DNA of 64,000 nt from positions 1,824,001-1,888,000 of the forward strand of contig CAWGHO010000002.1 of the NCBI GenBank assembly GCA_963822445.1. The letters are read 5' to 3'. Every line of letters begins with the position of its first letter. The stretch's first letter is position 1. The position numbers and the translations under genes are program-made. This document shows, piece by piece, positions 28,693-37,821 of the stretch. This DNA comes from an uncultured Acidobacteriota bacterium (GTDB lineage: Bacteria > Acidobacteriota > Thermoanaerobaculia > Gp7-AA8). Under the pieces are notes generated by a model, which was given only the letters and a program-made list of their open reading frames with translations, had not been told where the DNA came from and made no database searches.

Positions 28693-30392
28693 CTAGATCC
28701 AGTCGCCCATCTTCTTCAGGAGCTGATCGATCGACAGCAGCTTCTCGCTGCCGTCCGATTCGCGCCGGAAGATGGCGTGGTACCAGCCCTTCATCCCCAC
28801 CGGCGTGTAGACGTCGTTGCCCACCTTCAGCTGACCGCCGGAGACGAGCTTGAGGAACACCTGCTCGTACGCGGACCGGGTCAGGCGGCGGTCGGGGAAG
28901 GGAATCGCGAAGGACTTGCGGCGGCGGTCGCCGGAACGGCGTCGTTCCGAGCTGGCGCGCTCCGCGGCGCTCAGCAGCGAAGTTCCGCGGCGATCGAGAT
29001 ACGGCGACGGACGGCGCGGCACGAGCTTGCCCGGTTTGTCGTTCTTGCGGCGTGAGAGCACTGCTTTCTGGCGCGCGTTGCGGCGCGGCGCGCCCTGAAT
29101 CGGCCGCGGGCGAAGATCATCGAGCAGCTTCGCCTCGGGGAAGCCTTGGCGCTCTCGCGAATCGATTGCTGGCGGACGGCCGGCTCGGAAGCGCTGACGC
29201 TGGCCATCTCCGACTGGTGCTTCTCGCGGGCTTGCTGGCGATCGAGCACGAACTGGTCGATGGTCGGGTGGCCGAATTGACGCCACGGCGCGAGCATCCC
29301 CATCTCCGCCTCGTAGTTCTTCAGCTCGTGGATGACCATGCCCCAGCGGCACAGACGGCCCACGTCTTCGTACGCCGCGGGTCGATCGACCAGCTCGAGC
29401 ATCGACGTGGCCCGGCCGTCGAGCACGGCGAACAGGAGCCGGAAGCTGAAGGGATCGGAGTAACGGCGGATGCTCTTCCGGAAGTACCAGGCCGTTTCCC
29501 TGGCGATCTCGCGCAGCGATTTCTTCTCGCCGAACTGCGTCGTCCAGAGCGGCTCGTGGATGTCCGAGGTGTAGGGGCTTTGCTGGTAGTGGAAATCCTT
29601 GGTCAGCCAGCCCTTGCGGGTGGTGTGCTTGCCCGGAACGACTCCGGCGATGACCGGAATCGGAAGCCTCTCGAGCATGGAGATCTCGTACGAGGGCCAC
29701 ATCATGACCTCGCGGACGATGCCCACGATCAGGGTGGCCGTGGCGATCATCAGGCCGGGATCAGGAGTGAAGTCGACGGTGATCTCGATCCGTCCGCCGC
29801 GCGGCCGGACGCCGACGCCGGTCGAGCGCCGGTTCGAGGCGACGACCATCACCGGCACGGGCAGGATGTACGAAAGCAGCAGCGCCAGCAGCTTCTCGTT
29901 CCGCTTCGCGGTCTGCTGCGACTTCGGGATCTCGTAAGTGATGTTGTAGTGGCTGCTGTACGCCTTCAGGCGCACGGTATGGCCGTTCCTTTTTCCCCAA
30001 TTGGTGAGCTGATCGCGGACGAAGCCGATCTGCTCCCAGAGATTGCGGACCATCCGCGCCGTCGATTCCGGGGCGAGCTCGATCACAGGCGTGACCACCT
30101 CGATGACCCCGCGATCGAAGTAAACCGCCCCGCCGGTGGGAAGCTGCAGCGACGATTTTTCCCGCTTCAGCAGAGGGCGGTCGATGAATGCACTGGGGTG
30201 TTTCCAGTACGGCTCGGGATTGATCTCTTTCTCATCGAGCCAGACGTTGAACTCCGACTCCATGCCGATCACGGGCATGTTCAGACGCGTGCGCCTAAGG
30301 CGCCGCAACTCGCGGTCGAGATCGCTTTTGGGGTTTACTGACGGCACTGGAACTCCGGTGGGAAACGTTGACTGCGGACTCTGCTTAAGCAA
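28693..30392 (-). CDS. PafA/Dop (Pup-ligase)-like carboxylate-amine ligase, split by an apparent frameshift near 29137-29140
   Basis: VIGMESEF, LPTGGAVYFDRGVIEVVTP, SSHYN, GRIEITVD parallel PafA/Dop GIETEF, LxNGARLYxD.xHPEYxT, GCHEN, RRLHVIVGD; coding bias continues in the 28693 frame after about 29140; start TTG 30392 or ATG 30278. Confidence 0.72.
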
Positions 30393-30413
30393 ACGGCCTG
30401 CCGCGTGATTCCC

Positions 30414-30504
30414 GTTACGGGGTTGCGGGGTTGCGGGGTTTCGGGGTGGATTACGAGGCGGCTCTCAATAACCCCGTAACCTCGTAACCCCGCGACCCCG
30501 TAAC
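30414..30504. repeat. Octamer (GGGGTTGC-type) tandem inverted repeat element
   Basis: GTTACGGGGTTGCGGGGTTGCGGGGTTTCGGGG (30414-30446) vs TAACCCCGTAACCTCGTAACCCCGCGACCCCGTAAC (30469-30504). Confidence 0.85.
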
Positions 30505-31199
30505 TACTCGTCCTCGGTCGCAACCGCCGTCCGCCGATCCTTCCTTCTCCGTTCCTCGAAGGCGAAGCGGGGCCGGCTTTCCTGCGGCTGTTCCATCCGG
30601 TCTTCGCTGATTTCCCGCGGGACCAGGGTGATGTAGCCGAGGTCGAGATGGACGTGATCGTCGGCATTCTTGCCGGTGACGTGGCCATACGGCAGCACGT
30701 TCACCTCGTCCGTCAGGTCCTCGGCGATCTCGTTGTATTTCTCGATCAACTCCCGTGTTCGGAGGATGTTCGAGCCGATCCGATAGACGTCTGCGGCCGT
30801 GGCCCACATGTGGGGCGAGGCGTTGAGGGAAAGCTTGTGAGAGGGCGAGCGGTAACCGCCGTTCACGGCGATGTGGACCGAAGCGCCCGCGGCGGAACGG
30901 TACTGCTCCAGATAAAAAGCCAGCAGGCGCACGGCGCAGGGAACGTACCGCGGGTACTGGTGCAGCCGGACCGCTTCCTTCAGATCGCTGAGGATGAACT
31001 CGTTCAGGCCGAAATGAGGTGTGAGCTTCGTCGCCAGAGCCACTTCATGCGAGGGGATCTCGTAGAAATAACGCGGCAGGCGATGGCGCCGCCCCTGGGC
31101 GTCGCGAACCATTTCGCCAGGCTTCAGAATCGAACGCAGCTCGTCGTCGAGATCGAAGGCGTCGACGACTTTCAAACCCTGTTCTTCATCACTACTCAT
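30504..31199 (-). CDS. Peptidase M15A-like Zn peptidase without signal peptide
   Basis: LTPHFGLNEF, VNGGYRSPSH, SPHMWATAAD (SxHxxxxAxD), HVHLD; start overlaps the upstream stop. Confidence 0.85.
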   Translation of the reverse strand: MSSDEEQGLKVVDAFDLDDELRSILKPGEMVRDAQGRRHRLPRYFYEIPSHEVALATKLTPHFGLNEFILSDLKEAVRLHQYPRYVPCAVRLLAFYLEQYRSAAGASVHIAVNGGYRSPSHKLSLNASPHMWATAADVYRIGSNILRTRELIEKYNEIAEDLTDEVNVLPYGHVTGKNADDHVHLDLGYITLVPREISEDRMEQPQESRPRFAFEERRRKDRRTAVATEDE

Positions 31200-32094
31200 A
31201 GGTACTTCCGGCCAGCGTATTGAAGATGTCGCGAGAGACGTCCGCGACTGCCGTTCCGCGTCCGGATTCCGGGCCGAACTGCGTGAGGATCACCAGCACG
31301 TAAGGCTTGCGATCCTCCAGAAACACGATTCCCGCGTCGTGATGCACGGTGGAGATGTTGCCGGTCTTGTGCGCGACCCGCGCCGCCTTCGGCAATCCCG
31401 CCGGAATGCCGCTGCGGTACTGCTGCTCGAGCATGATCTCGAGCATGTCGTCGCAGGCCTTCTGCGAGTAAGCCTTCCCGTCGGCGATCAGCCGCAGGAG
31501 CTTGAGCAGGCCGTTGGCCGTGACTTCGTTGTTGAGTCCCGTCTCGAACGCGCGCTGATCCTCGACGCCGCGAAGCACGCGGATGCCGTCGATCTCCAGC
31601 TCGTCGAGCGACAACTGAATGGTGTTGATTCCGACGACGTCGACCAGCAAGTTCGTCGCGAGATTGGACGACTTGGTGATCATCCAGTACGCGAGCTCGC
31701 GCACGGTCAGGGTCTTGCCGAGATGGCCGTACACGTCGGGATCGGCGTCGCGGCCGAGGTCGAGCATGAACGGCTCCTGGTTGACGATGCTGGTGAAGCG
31801 GTTGCGGATGTGGACCGGCGCTTCGAGATTGAGCTCGCCGCGGTCGACTTGCCGGAACACGCCGAGGAGCACGGCCAGCTTCATCGTCGACGCGGCGTGG
31901 AAGTAGTCGTCGGCGTTGTACGACCACTGGATGGTCGTCTCGGCGTCGAAGAAGGAGATGCCCAGATCCTCGAGGCCATGCTCCTGCTTGATCTTCAGGA
32001 CGTTGCGGTAGAGCGAGACCTCTGCCGCGGCAACGGAGTCCTGCACCGGTGGCTTGGGCATTCGTTCCGTATGTTGTTTCGACTTGACCGCCAT
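31192..32094 (-). CDS. Class A beta-lactamase-like serine hydrolase without signal peptide
   Basis: AASTMK (SxxK), SSN (SDN-like), HKTG; ATG 32094 is 7 nt after TAAACT. Confidence 0.9.
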   Translation of the reverse strand: MAVKSKQHTERMPKPPVQDSVAAAEVSLYRNVLKIKQEHGLEDLGISFFDAETTIQWSYNADDYFHAASTMKLAVLLGVFRQVDRGELNLEAPVHIRNRFTSIVNQEPFMLDLGRDADPDVYGHLGKTLTVRELAYWMITKSSNLATNLLVDVVGINTIQLSLDELEIDGIRVLRGVEDQRAFETGLNNEVTANGLLKLLRLIADGKAYSQKACDDMLEIMLEQQYRSGIPAGLPKAARVAHKTGNISTVHHDAGIVFLEDRKPYVLVILTQFGPESGRGTAVADVSRDIFNTLAGSTYE

Positions 32095-32156
32095 CGCCCG
32101 CAGTTTACTCAACCTCGGCAGCGCGAGAGTGCAAGTTACATACAATCTGCGAACCG

Positions 32157-33434
32157 ATGGCATGTCTGGAGTGCGGCTTCGAGCTCGTCGAAGAGGGCAG
32201 TAGCTGTGCGGTCTGCGGTGCAGAGACGGCATCGGGCACCGTTCCGTTCGAGCACGCTCGCACGCTCAATCAGGATGATGCGACGCCTGCGCGGCGGCGG
32301 CCTCGCGGCGGCGCTTTCGGCGCCGGCGAAGTGTTCGCGGGCCGCTACGAGATCCTCGCGCCGCTGGGCCGCGGCGGCATGGGCGCGGTTTATCGCGTGC
32401 GCGACATGGAGGCGGAAGCGGAGAGGGCACTCAAAGTACTGCACGCGACGGCAGAGGATGACAACGCCGCGGTGCGCTTCCGCCGCGAGATCGAGATCCT
32501 CTCGCGCATCAAGCATCCCGGCATCGTCGAGATCTACGACTTCGGCGTCGTCGATGACCGGATGTACTTCACCGCGGAGCTGATCGACGGCGACGATCTG
32601 CGCGCCGTGCTTCGGAAGAAGGGCGTCTTCGCCGCCGATGAAGTCGCGCGGATCGGTGCGCGCGTGGCCGAGGCGCTCGGGGCGGCGCACAAGATCGGCA
32701 TCGTGCATCGCGACGTGAAGCCGCACAACGTGATGATCCGCCGCGACGGCCGCCTCACCCTGCTCGACTTCGGCGTGGCGCGCGGGGCGGGCATCGACAT
32801 GAACACCGTGACCGCGACGGGCGTCATCGTCGGAACGCCGGAGTACATGCCGCCCGAGCAGTTCCAGGGACATCGCGTCGACGCGCGAAGCGACGTGTAT
32901 TCGCTCGGAATCGTGCTGTACGAGCTGCTCTGCGGCGCGGTGCCGTTCCGCGCGGACACGCCGGTCGCGCTGGGGATGCAGCACATGGGAACGATGCCCG
33001 CGCCGATCCGCTCGCAGCGTCAGAACGTGCCGGCCTGGCTCGAGCGGATCGTCTTCAAGTGCCTGGAGAAAGATCCGTCAGCGCGCTTCCTGGACGGCGC
33101 GGAAGTGGCGATGGAACTGGAGAAGCCGCGCACCGGCGAGCGCCGCACGCGCACGCTCGCGACCGGCGATCAGGTCATCGAGGACGACAGCGAAACGAAC
33201 CAGTGGGCGCTGACCCTGGTGACGAGCGACGAGCGAAAGGGCTGGACCGTGGACATGGCCCTGCAGTTCGACGGGCGCTTCTACCGGCTCGCGGACGTGC
33301 GCTCGATGGGGCAGAAGTGGTTCTACCGCTTCAGCTGGTGGCCGGACGAGCAGATTCTGCGGAAGGTCGTCGATTACGACCAGGATGCGGAGGAGCGCAA
33401 GAAGCAGGGGTTTTTCAAGAAGTGGCTGAAGTGA
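32157..33434 (+). CDS. Cytoplasmic Hanks-type Ser/Thr kinase with N-terminal zinc ribbon
   Basis: CLEC/CAVC; GRGGMG, ALK, HRDVKPHN, DFG, GTPEYMPPE; unrecognised aromatic-rich C-terminal domain. Confidence 0.92.
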   Translation: MACLECGFELVEEGSSCAVCGAETASGTVPFEHARTLNQDDATPARRRPRGGAFGAGEVFAGRYEILAPLGRGGMGAVYRVRDMEAEAERALKVLHATAEDDNAAVRFRREIEILSRIKHPGIVEIYDFGVVDDRMYFTAELIDGDDLRAVLRKKGVFAADEVARIGARVAEALGAAHKIGIVHRDVKPHNVMIRRDGRLTLLDFGVARGAGIDMNTVTATGVIVGTPEYMPPEQFQGHRVDARSDVYSLGIVLYELLCGAVPFRADTPVALGMQHMGTMPAPIRSQRQNVPAWLERIVFKCLEKDPSARFLDGAEVAMELEKPRTGERRTRTLATGDQVIEDDSETNQWALTLVTSDERKGWTVDMALQFDGRFYRLADVRSMGQKWFYRFSWWPDEQILRKVVDYDQDAEERKKQGFFKKWLK

Positions 33435-34181
33435 TCAGCGCTTCCAATCATTCAACGCCCAATCGTAATCGTCGTACTCGATCGTCACTTCCTTCGACGG
33501 CGGGACGGTGACGTACCTGCGCACGAAGGCGACCTTGCCGCCGCCCTTCTCGAAGTCGTCTCCGAACCAATCCATGATCTTGGTGACGCGCATGGTGACC
33601 GTGTCGCCGCTGCCGCCGAAGCGAGCGCCGAACGGGCCGGTCAGGAACTTGCGGGCCTGATCGTCGAGCTGCGCATCGACCTTCGCGCCGGTGTAAGCCT
33701 CGGGACGGATCGGCGGGCAGCTCTTCGCCGCGCAGTTGATGGCGAAGTGGATGCGCGCGTCGTGGAAGGCCTCGCGGATCTTCTTGTGCTCGACGTCGTC
33801 GAGCGACAGGAGCTGCTTGCCGAACGGCACGCGCTCTTTCTTGAAGACATTGAGGCGGATGATCGGATCGGTGGAGATGTCGCGAATCGAGTCGACCGGA
33901 TACTTCTCCACGACAGTGGCCACGACGTTCACGTTGTAGACGTTGATCCAGTACGCGAGCTGCTGCTTCGGATTGAGCGCGGCCACGTTCACGCGGCCCA
34001 GCTTCTGCCGCAGCGCCTGCAGCGCCTTTGCGTCTTTCGCTTTCAGTCCGCCGTAGTTCATGCCGCGCGCGGGGTCGTAGTGCGCCGCGAGAATGCGGTT
34101 CCACTCCGAGTAATCCGGTTCCGTTTGCGCGAAGGCCAGCGTGGGCAGGAGCAGCAGGATCAGGGCGAGGGCTTTTCTCAT
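33435..34181 (-). CDS. Exported DUF547 family protein
   Basis: Signal peptide from ATG 34181; LAYWINVYN, SLDDVEH, RIHFAINCAAKSCP, YDWALN. Confidence 0.88.
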   Translation of the reverse strand: MRKALALILLLLPTLAFAQTEPDYSEWNRILAAHYDPARGMNYGGLKAKDAKALQALRQKLGRVNVAALNPKQQLAYWINVYNVNVVATVVEKYPVDSIRDISTDPIIRLNVFKKERVPFGKQLLSLDDVEHKKIREAFHDARIHFAINCAAKSCPPIRPEAYTGAKVDAQLDDQARKFLTGPFGARFGGSGDTVTMRVTKIMDWFGDDFEKGGGKVAFVRRYVTVPPSKEVTIEYDDYDWALNDWKR

Positions 34182-35290
34182 AGACCTGACGCGCGCAACC
34201 ACCGGCCAATACGCTCGATTCCCGCGGTGATCTGGTCGACAGGCGCCGCGTAGGAGATGCGGATGAAGCCCTGTCCGCGAGTTCCGAACGCGAGACCGGG
34301 GATCACCAGCACGGCCGCGTCGGTGGCCAGCGTTTTCGCGAAGGAGATCGTGTCGCACGACGGCACTGCCGCAAACGCGTAGAACGCACCAGCCGGCGGC
34401 GCAACCTCGGCATGCAACTCGTGCTCGATCGCGTACAGCGCCGCCTCGCGCTGCGCCCGGAACTGCGAGCGCACTCCCTCGAGCCAGGCCGCGTTCCATT
34501 GCGGGTCGTCGAGGATCATCTCCGCGAGCGCCTGCGAGAAGACCGAGGCGCACGTTGCGATGTATTGGTGGGCGGTGATGATCGGCTTCATCAGCTCTGC
34601 CTTGCCGAGGACCCAGCCGAGGCGGAGGCCGGTCATGGCGTGGCTCTTCGAGAGGCCGTTGAGGACGATGACGTTGTCGCCTAAGGCCAGCATCGATGCG
34701 GGCGGCGCGTCGTACCAGATCTCGCAGTAGATCTCGTCGCTGACCACGAGCACGCCCAGCGCCGCGATCTGCTGCAGCGTTTCCGCGTCGACGACCGACC
34801 CGAGCGGATTGGAAGGCGAATTGACGATGATCAGCTTCGTCTTCGGGGTGATCCTCTTTGCCAGAGCGTCGACGTCGATGCGCCAGTCGGGCGGGTCGAG
34901 GTCGTAAGTGACCGGCGACGCACCGCAGATCTTCGCGAGGGTCGCGTAGGCGAGAAAGCCGGGATTCGGGACGAGCACTTCGTCGCCCGGATTCACGAAG
35001 GCGGTGAAGATCGCGAACAGCGCTTCCTGTGTTCCGGCGGTCACGCACACTTCGCTTTTCGGATCGAACGGCGTTTCTTCGCAGAGTTTTTTGCGAAGGG
35101 ACATCGCGCCGGCGTTGGCGGAGTAATGCCATGACGTCGTCGCGGCGCGGCGGGCCATCTCCCGCAGGCGTTCGTCGGGCTCGACGTTCGGTTCGCCGAT
35201 GCCGAGGTTCACCGAGTAGGGGGTGGCCAGGGCGTTGATCTGGCGGATCAGCGAGAGCTCGATGTCCCTGAGACGATCGGCGGGTTGCAT
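34178..35290 (-). CDS. Class I/II PLP-dependent aminotransferase
   Basis: NLGIGEP, NSPSNPLG, SDEIY, SKSHAMTGLRLG (PLP Lys), IRISY. Confidence 0.92.
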   Translation of the reverse strand: MQPADRLRDIELSLIRQINALATPYSVNLGIGEPNVEPDERLREMARRAATTSWHYSANAGAMSLRKKLCEETPFDPKSEVCVTAGTQEALFAIFTAFVNPGDEVLVPNPGFLAYATLAKICGASPVTYDLDPPDWRIDVDALAKRITPKTKLIIVNSPSNPLGSVVDAETLQQIAALGVLVVSDEIYCEIWYDAPPASMLALGDNVIVLNGLSKSHAMTGLRLGWVLGKAELMKPIITAHQYIATCASVFSQALAEMILDDPQWNAAWLEGVRSQFRAQREAALYAIEHELHAEVAPPAGAFYAFAAVPSCDTISFAKTLATDAAVLVIPGLAFGTRGQGFIRISYAAPVDQITAGIERIGRWLRASGL

Positions 35291-35291
35291 G

Positions 35292-36050
35292 TCAGAAACG
35301 CTCGAAGTGATCGAAGCGACGGGTGTCGGCGGCAGTCTTGCGCAGCGCGACGGTGTGCGCGCGGGCGATGCGCGTGAAGAGGGTCTCGTGCGCCGGCGAG
35401 GGGTCGCGATCGGTGCGGGCGAGCGGCCGCAGGAGGTGCTTCAGCTGCCGCCGCGCGCGCAGAGACGGCGAGGATTGATCGGCGTATTCGAGCACGCGGT
35501 CGAGGGTATACGAGCGGTTCGCGAGAATGAAGCGCACCACCGCGTTGATGGCTGGATAGCCGACGTCGTCGAGCACGATCACGCCGCCGGTGTCGAGCAT
35601 CTGATCGATGTAGAAGAAGTCGATGAGCGCGTGATCGAAGGTGTGCGCGCCGTCGATGAATCCGACCTGCACCCGCTCGCCGCGCGCGAGCAGTTGCGGC
35701 AACGCGGTGTGCGACGGAAGCTCGATCAGTTCGAGAACGCCCGTGAGTCCCGCGCGCGCGACCTGCGCAACGCCGCCGCCGCGCCAGCCTGAAGTCTGCG
35801 ATGGGTCGACGGCGATGTGATGACCGCGTTCGCCGGAGACCTGGCGAACTGCATCAGCCAGACAGACAGTCGAGATGCCGTAAGCCATGCCCGCTTCGAT
35901 CGTGCGTGAGGCGCGCGTGTCGCGAACGATGTCGTACAGCAGCTCGCAGGAATCGCGGGGGATGAAGGAATGCCCGTCGATCACCGATCCGTCGGCAAGG
36001 GTGACGCGCCGCGTCGTCAGAATCTCCTCGACGACTGGATGGACGGCCAT
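35292..36050 (-). CDS. Class I SAM-dependent methyltransferase (Methyltransf_24-like)
   Basis: IEAGMAYGIST, AVDP, FIDGAHTF, GGVIVLDD. Confidence 0.85.
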   Translation of the reverse strand: MAVHPVVEEILTTRRVTLADGSVIDGHSFIPRDSCELLYDIVRDTRASRTIEAGMAYGISTVCLADAVRQVSGERGHHIAVDPSQTSGWRGGGVAQVARAGLTGVLELIELPSHTALPQLLARGERVQVGFIDGAHTFDHALIDFFYIDQMLDTGGVIVLDDVGYPAINAVVRFILANRSYTLDRVLEYADQSSPSLRARRQLKHLLRPLARTDRDPSPAHETLFTRIARAHTVALRKTAADTRRFDHFERF

Positions 36051-36052
36051 GC

Positions 36053-36874
36053 TTACCGCAGCGCGTCTTCCAGGGCGGTCGCGGCGTCGGTCTTGTCGTC
36101 GCGATACTTCACGATCACCGGCGAGGCGATGTGCAGGCCGTGCTCCTCGGCGAACGCGCCTTTCATCGGACGCGACCCGGGGATGACCACCGCGCCGAAC
36201 GGAATCTCCAGCGGCCGCTCCGCCGTGCGTCGATAGACCTGACCGCGAACGGTGTCGTAAACGGGCGTCGATCCCGTCAGTACGACGCCCGCGCCGATGA
36301 CCGCGCGGGGGCGGACGATGGTGCCTTCGTAAATACCGCAGTTGCCGCCGACGATCACGTCGTCTTCAATGACGACCGGCAGTTGCCCGACCGGCTCGAG
36401 CACGCCGCCGATCTGCGCCGCCGCGGAAAGATGCACGCGCTTTCCAATTTGCGCGCAAGAGCCGACCAGCGCGTGCGAGTCGATCATGGTGTCTTCATCG
36501 ACATACGCGCCGATGTTCACGAACGCGGGCGGCATCATGACCACGCCCTTGGCGATGAACGCGCCGCGGCGGATGGAGGAGCCGCCGGGGACGACGCGCA
36601 CACCGTCCTGAATTTTGAAGCGCCGCGCGGGGATGGTGTCTTTGTCGATGAAGGAGAGCGATCCCGACGCGAACTCGGCCAGGATCCCGAACCGGAACGC
36701 GGCCAGGATGCCTTCCTTGACCCACGTGGTCGGCGTCCAGATGCCGTCTTCGTCGCGCGTGGCCGCGCGCACGGTCCCTTTTTCGAGCTCCGCGAGGAAC
36801 AACCCGATCGTCTTCACCGCCTCGGTGCGATCGGCGTTCGCGAGGGATTTGACGCGGTCTTCGATGGTCAGCAT
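36053..36874 (-). CDS. dapD: Tetrahydrodipicolinate N-succinyltransferase
   Basis: [42 protein letters not shown]. Confidence 0.95.
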   Translation of the reverse strand: MLTIEDRVKSLANADRTEAVKTIGLFLAELEKGTVRAATRDEDGIWTPTTWVKEGILAAFRFGILAEFASGSLSFIDKDTIPARRFKIQDGVRVVPGGSSIRRGAFIAKGVVMMPPAFVNIGAYVDEDTMIDSHALVGSCAQIGKRVHLSAAAQIGGVLEPVGQLPVVIEDDVIVGGNCGIYEGTIVRPRAVIGAGVVLTGSTPVYDTVRGQVYRRTAERPLEIPFGAVVIPGSRPMKGAFAEEHGLHIASPVIVKYRDDKTDAATALEDALR

Positions 36875-36884
36875 TGTTTTCAGG

Positions 36885-36945
36885 GGCTCAACGGCTCAAA
36901 GGCGCAAGGGCTCAAAGGGTCTTTGAGCCTCTGAGCCTTTGAGCC
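36885..36945. repeat. Octamer (GGCTCAAA-type) tandem inverted repeat element
   Basis: GGCTCAAC-GGCTCAAA-GGCGCAAG-GGCTCAAA followed by TTTGAGCC-TCTGAGCC-TTTGAGCC, abutting the dapA stop. Confidence 0.85.
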
Positions 36946-37821
36946 TCAAATCAGTCCACATTCTTTCAGGATCGCTTCGAGCTTCGCCCGGTTGCCGGGC
37001 GTGATCGGCGCGAGCGGCGGCCGAACCGTATCACTCTCCAGAATCCCCATCATCTTCAGCGCGGCTTTCGCCGGGCTCGGATTCGACTCGATGAAGTTTC
37101 CGGTCAGCAGCGGCAGGAGGCGGTTCTGAATGGCAACGTCGCGGGTGTCGACCATCTGCCGCATCAGACGCGGCACTTCGTTGCTGGCCACGCTGATCAC
37201 GCCCTCGGAACCGCAGGCGAGGAGCGGCAGGGTCCAGGCGTCGTCGCCGCTCAGGACCAGGAAGCCTTTCGGACGATCGCGGAGGATCGTCAGGATCTGC
37301 TCCATGTTCGCCGAGGCTTCCTTCACGCCGATGACGTTCGGGATCTCGCGGGCCATGCGAAGAGTGGTGTCCGCGGTCATGTTCAGGCCCGTGCGGCCGG
37401 GGACGTTGTACATGATCATCGGGAAGCCGGCCTTCTTCTTCTCGACCGCTTCCGCCTGCGCGCCGAAATGCCGCCGCAAGCCGTCCGGCGTGGGCTTGTT
37501 GTAGTACGGCGTGATGGTGAGGATGCCGTCCGCGCCGAGGTCGATGGCCTGCTGCGCGAGCTCGACGGCGCGCGCGGTGTTGTTGTTGCCCGCGCCGGCG
37601 AGAACGGGCACACGGCCCTTCGCGGTTTTCACGGTGATCTCGACGACGCGTTGGTGTTCGGCGGCGGTCAGCGCTGGATTTTCCCCCGTCGTCCCGCAGG
37701 GAACGAGGAAGTTGATCCCCTCGGTGATCTGCCAGTCGACGAAGCGCTCCAGCGCGCCTTCATCGAGCGAGCCCGATTCAGTGAACGGTGTGACCAGTGC
37801 TGTGCCGACGCCTTTAAACAT
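36946..37821 (-). CDS. dapA: 4-hydroxy-tetrahydrodipicolinate synthase
   Basis: TALVTPF, GTTGE, PYYNKP, YNVPGRT, GVKEAS, ESNP. Confidence 0.96.
   Translation of the reverse strand: MFKGVGTALVTPFTESGSLDEGALERFVDWQITEGINFLVPCGTTGENPALTAAEHQRVVEITVKTAKGRVPVLAGAGNNNTARAVELAQQAIDLGADGILTITPYYNKPTPDGLRRHFGAQAEAVEKKKAGFPMIMYNVPGRTGLNMTADTTLRMAREIPNVIGVKEASANMEQILTILRDRPKGFLVLSGDDAWTLPLLACGSEGVISVASNEVPRLMRQMVDTRDVAIQNRLLPLLTGNFIESNPSPAKAALKMMGILESDTVRPPLAPITPGNRAKLEAILKECGLI

Noticed and set aside
29200-29700. N-terminal half of the 335-aa ORF 28693-29700 as a real gene
   Set aside because: It overlaps the PafA-like core out of frame with poor composition; only the part downstream of about 29140 looks coding
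31192-32094. Antibiotic-resistance beta-lactamase
   Set aside because: No signal peptide, no clear class A omega-loop ExxLN motif, and no mobile context; better called a beta-lactamase-like serine hydrolase
33435-35132. 565-aa ORF as a fusion protein
   Set aside because: The upstream part overlaps the aminotransferase out of frame; the DUF547 protein starts with a signal peptide at 34181
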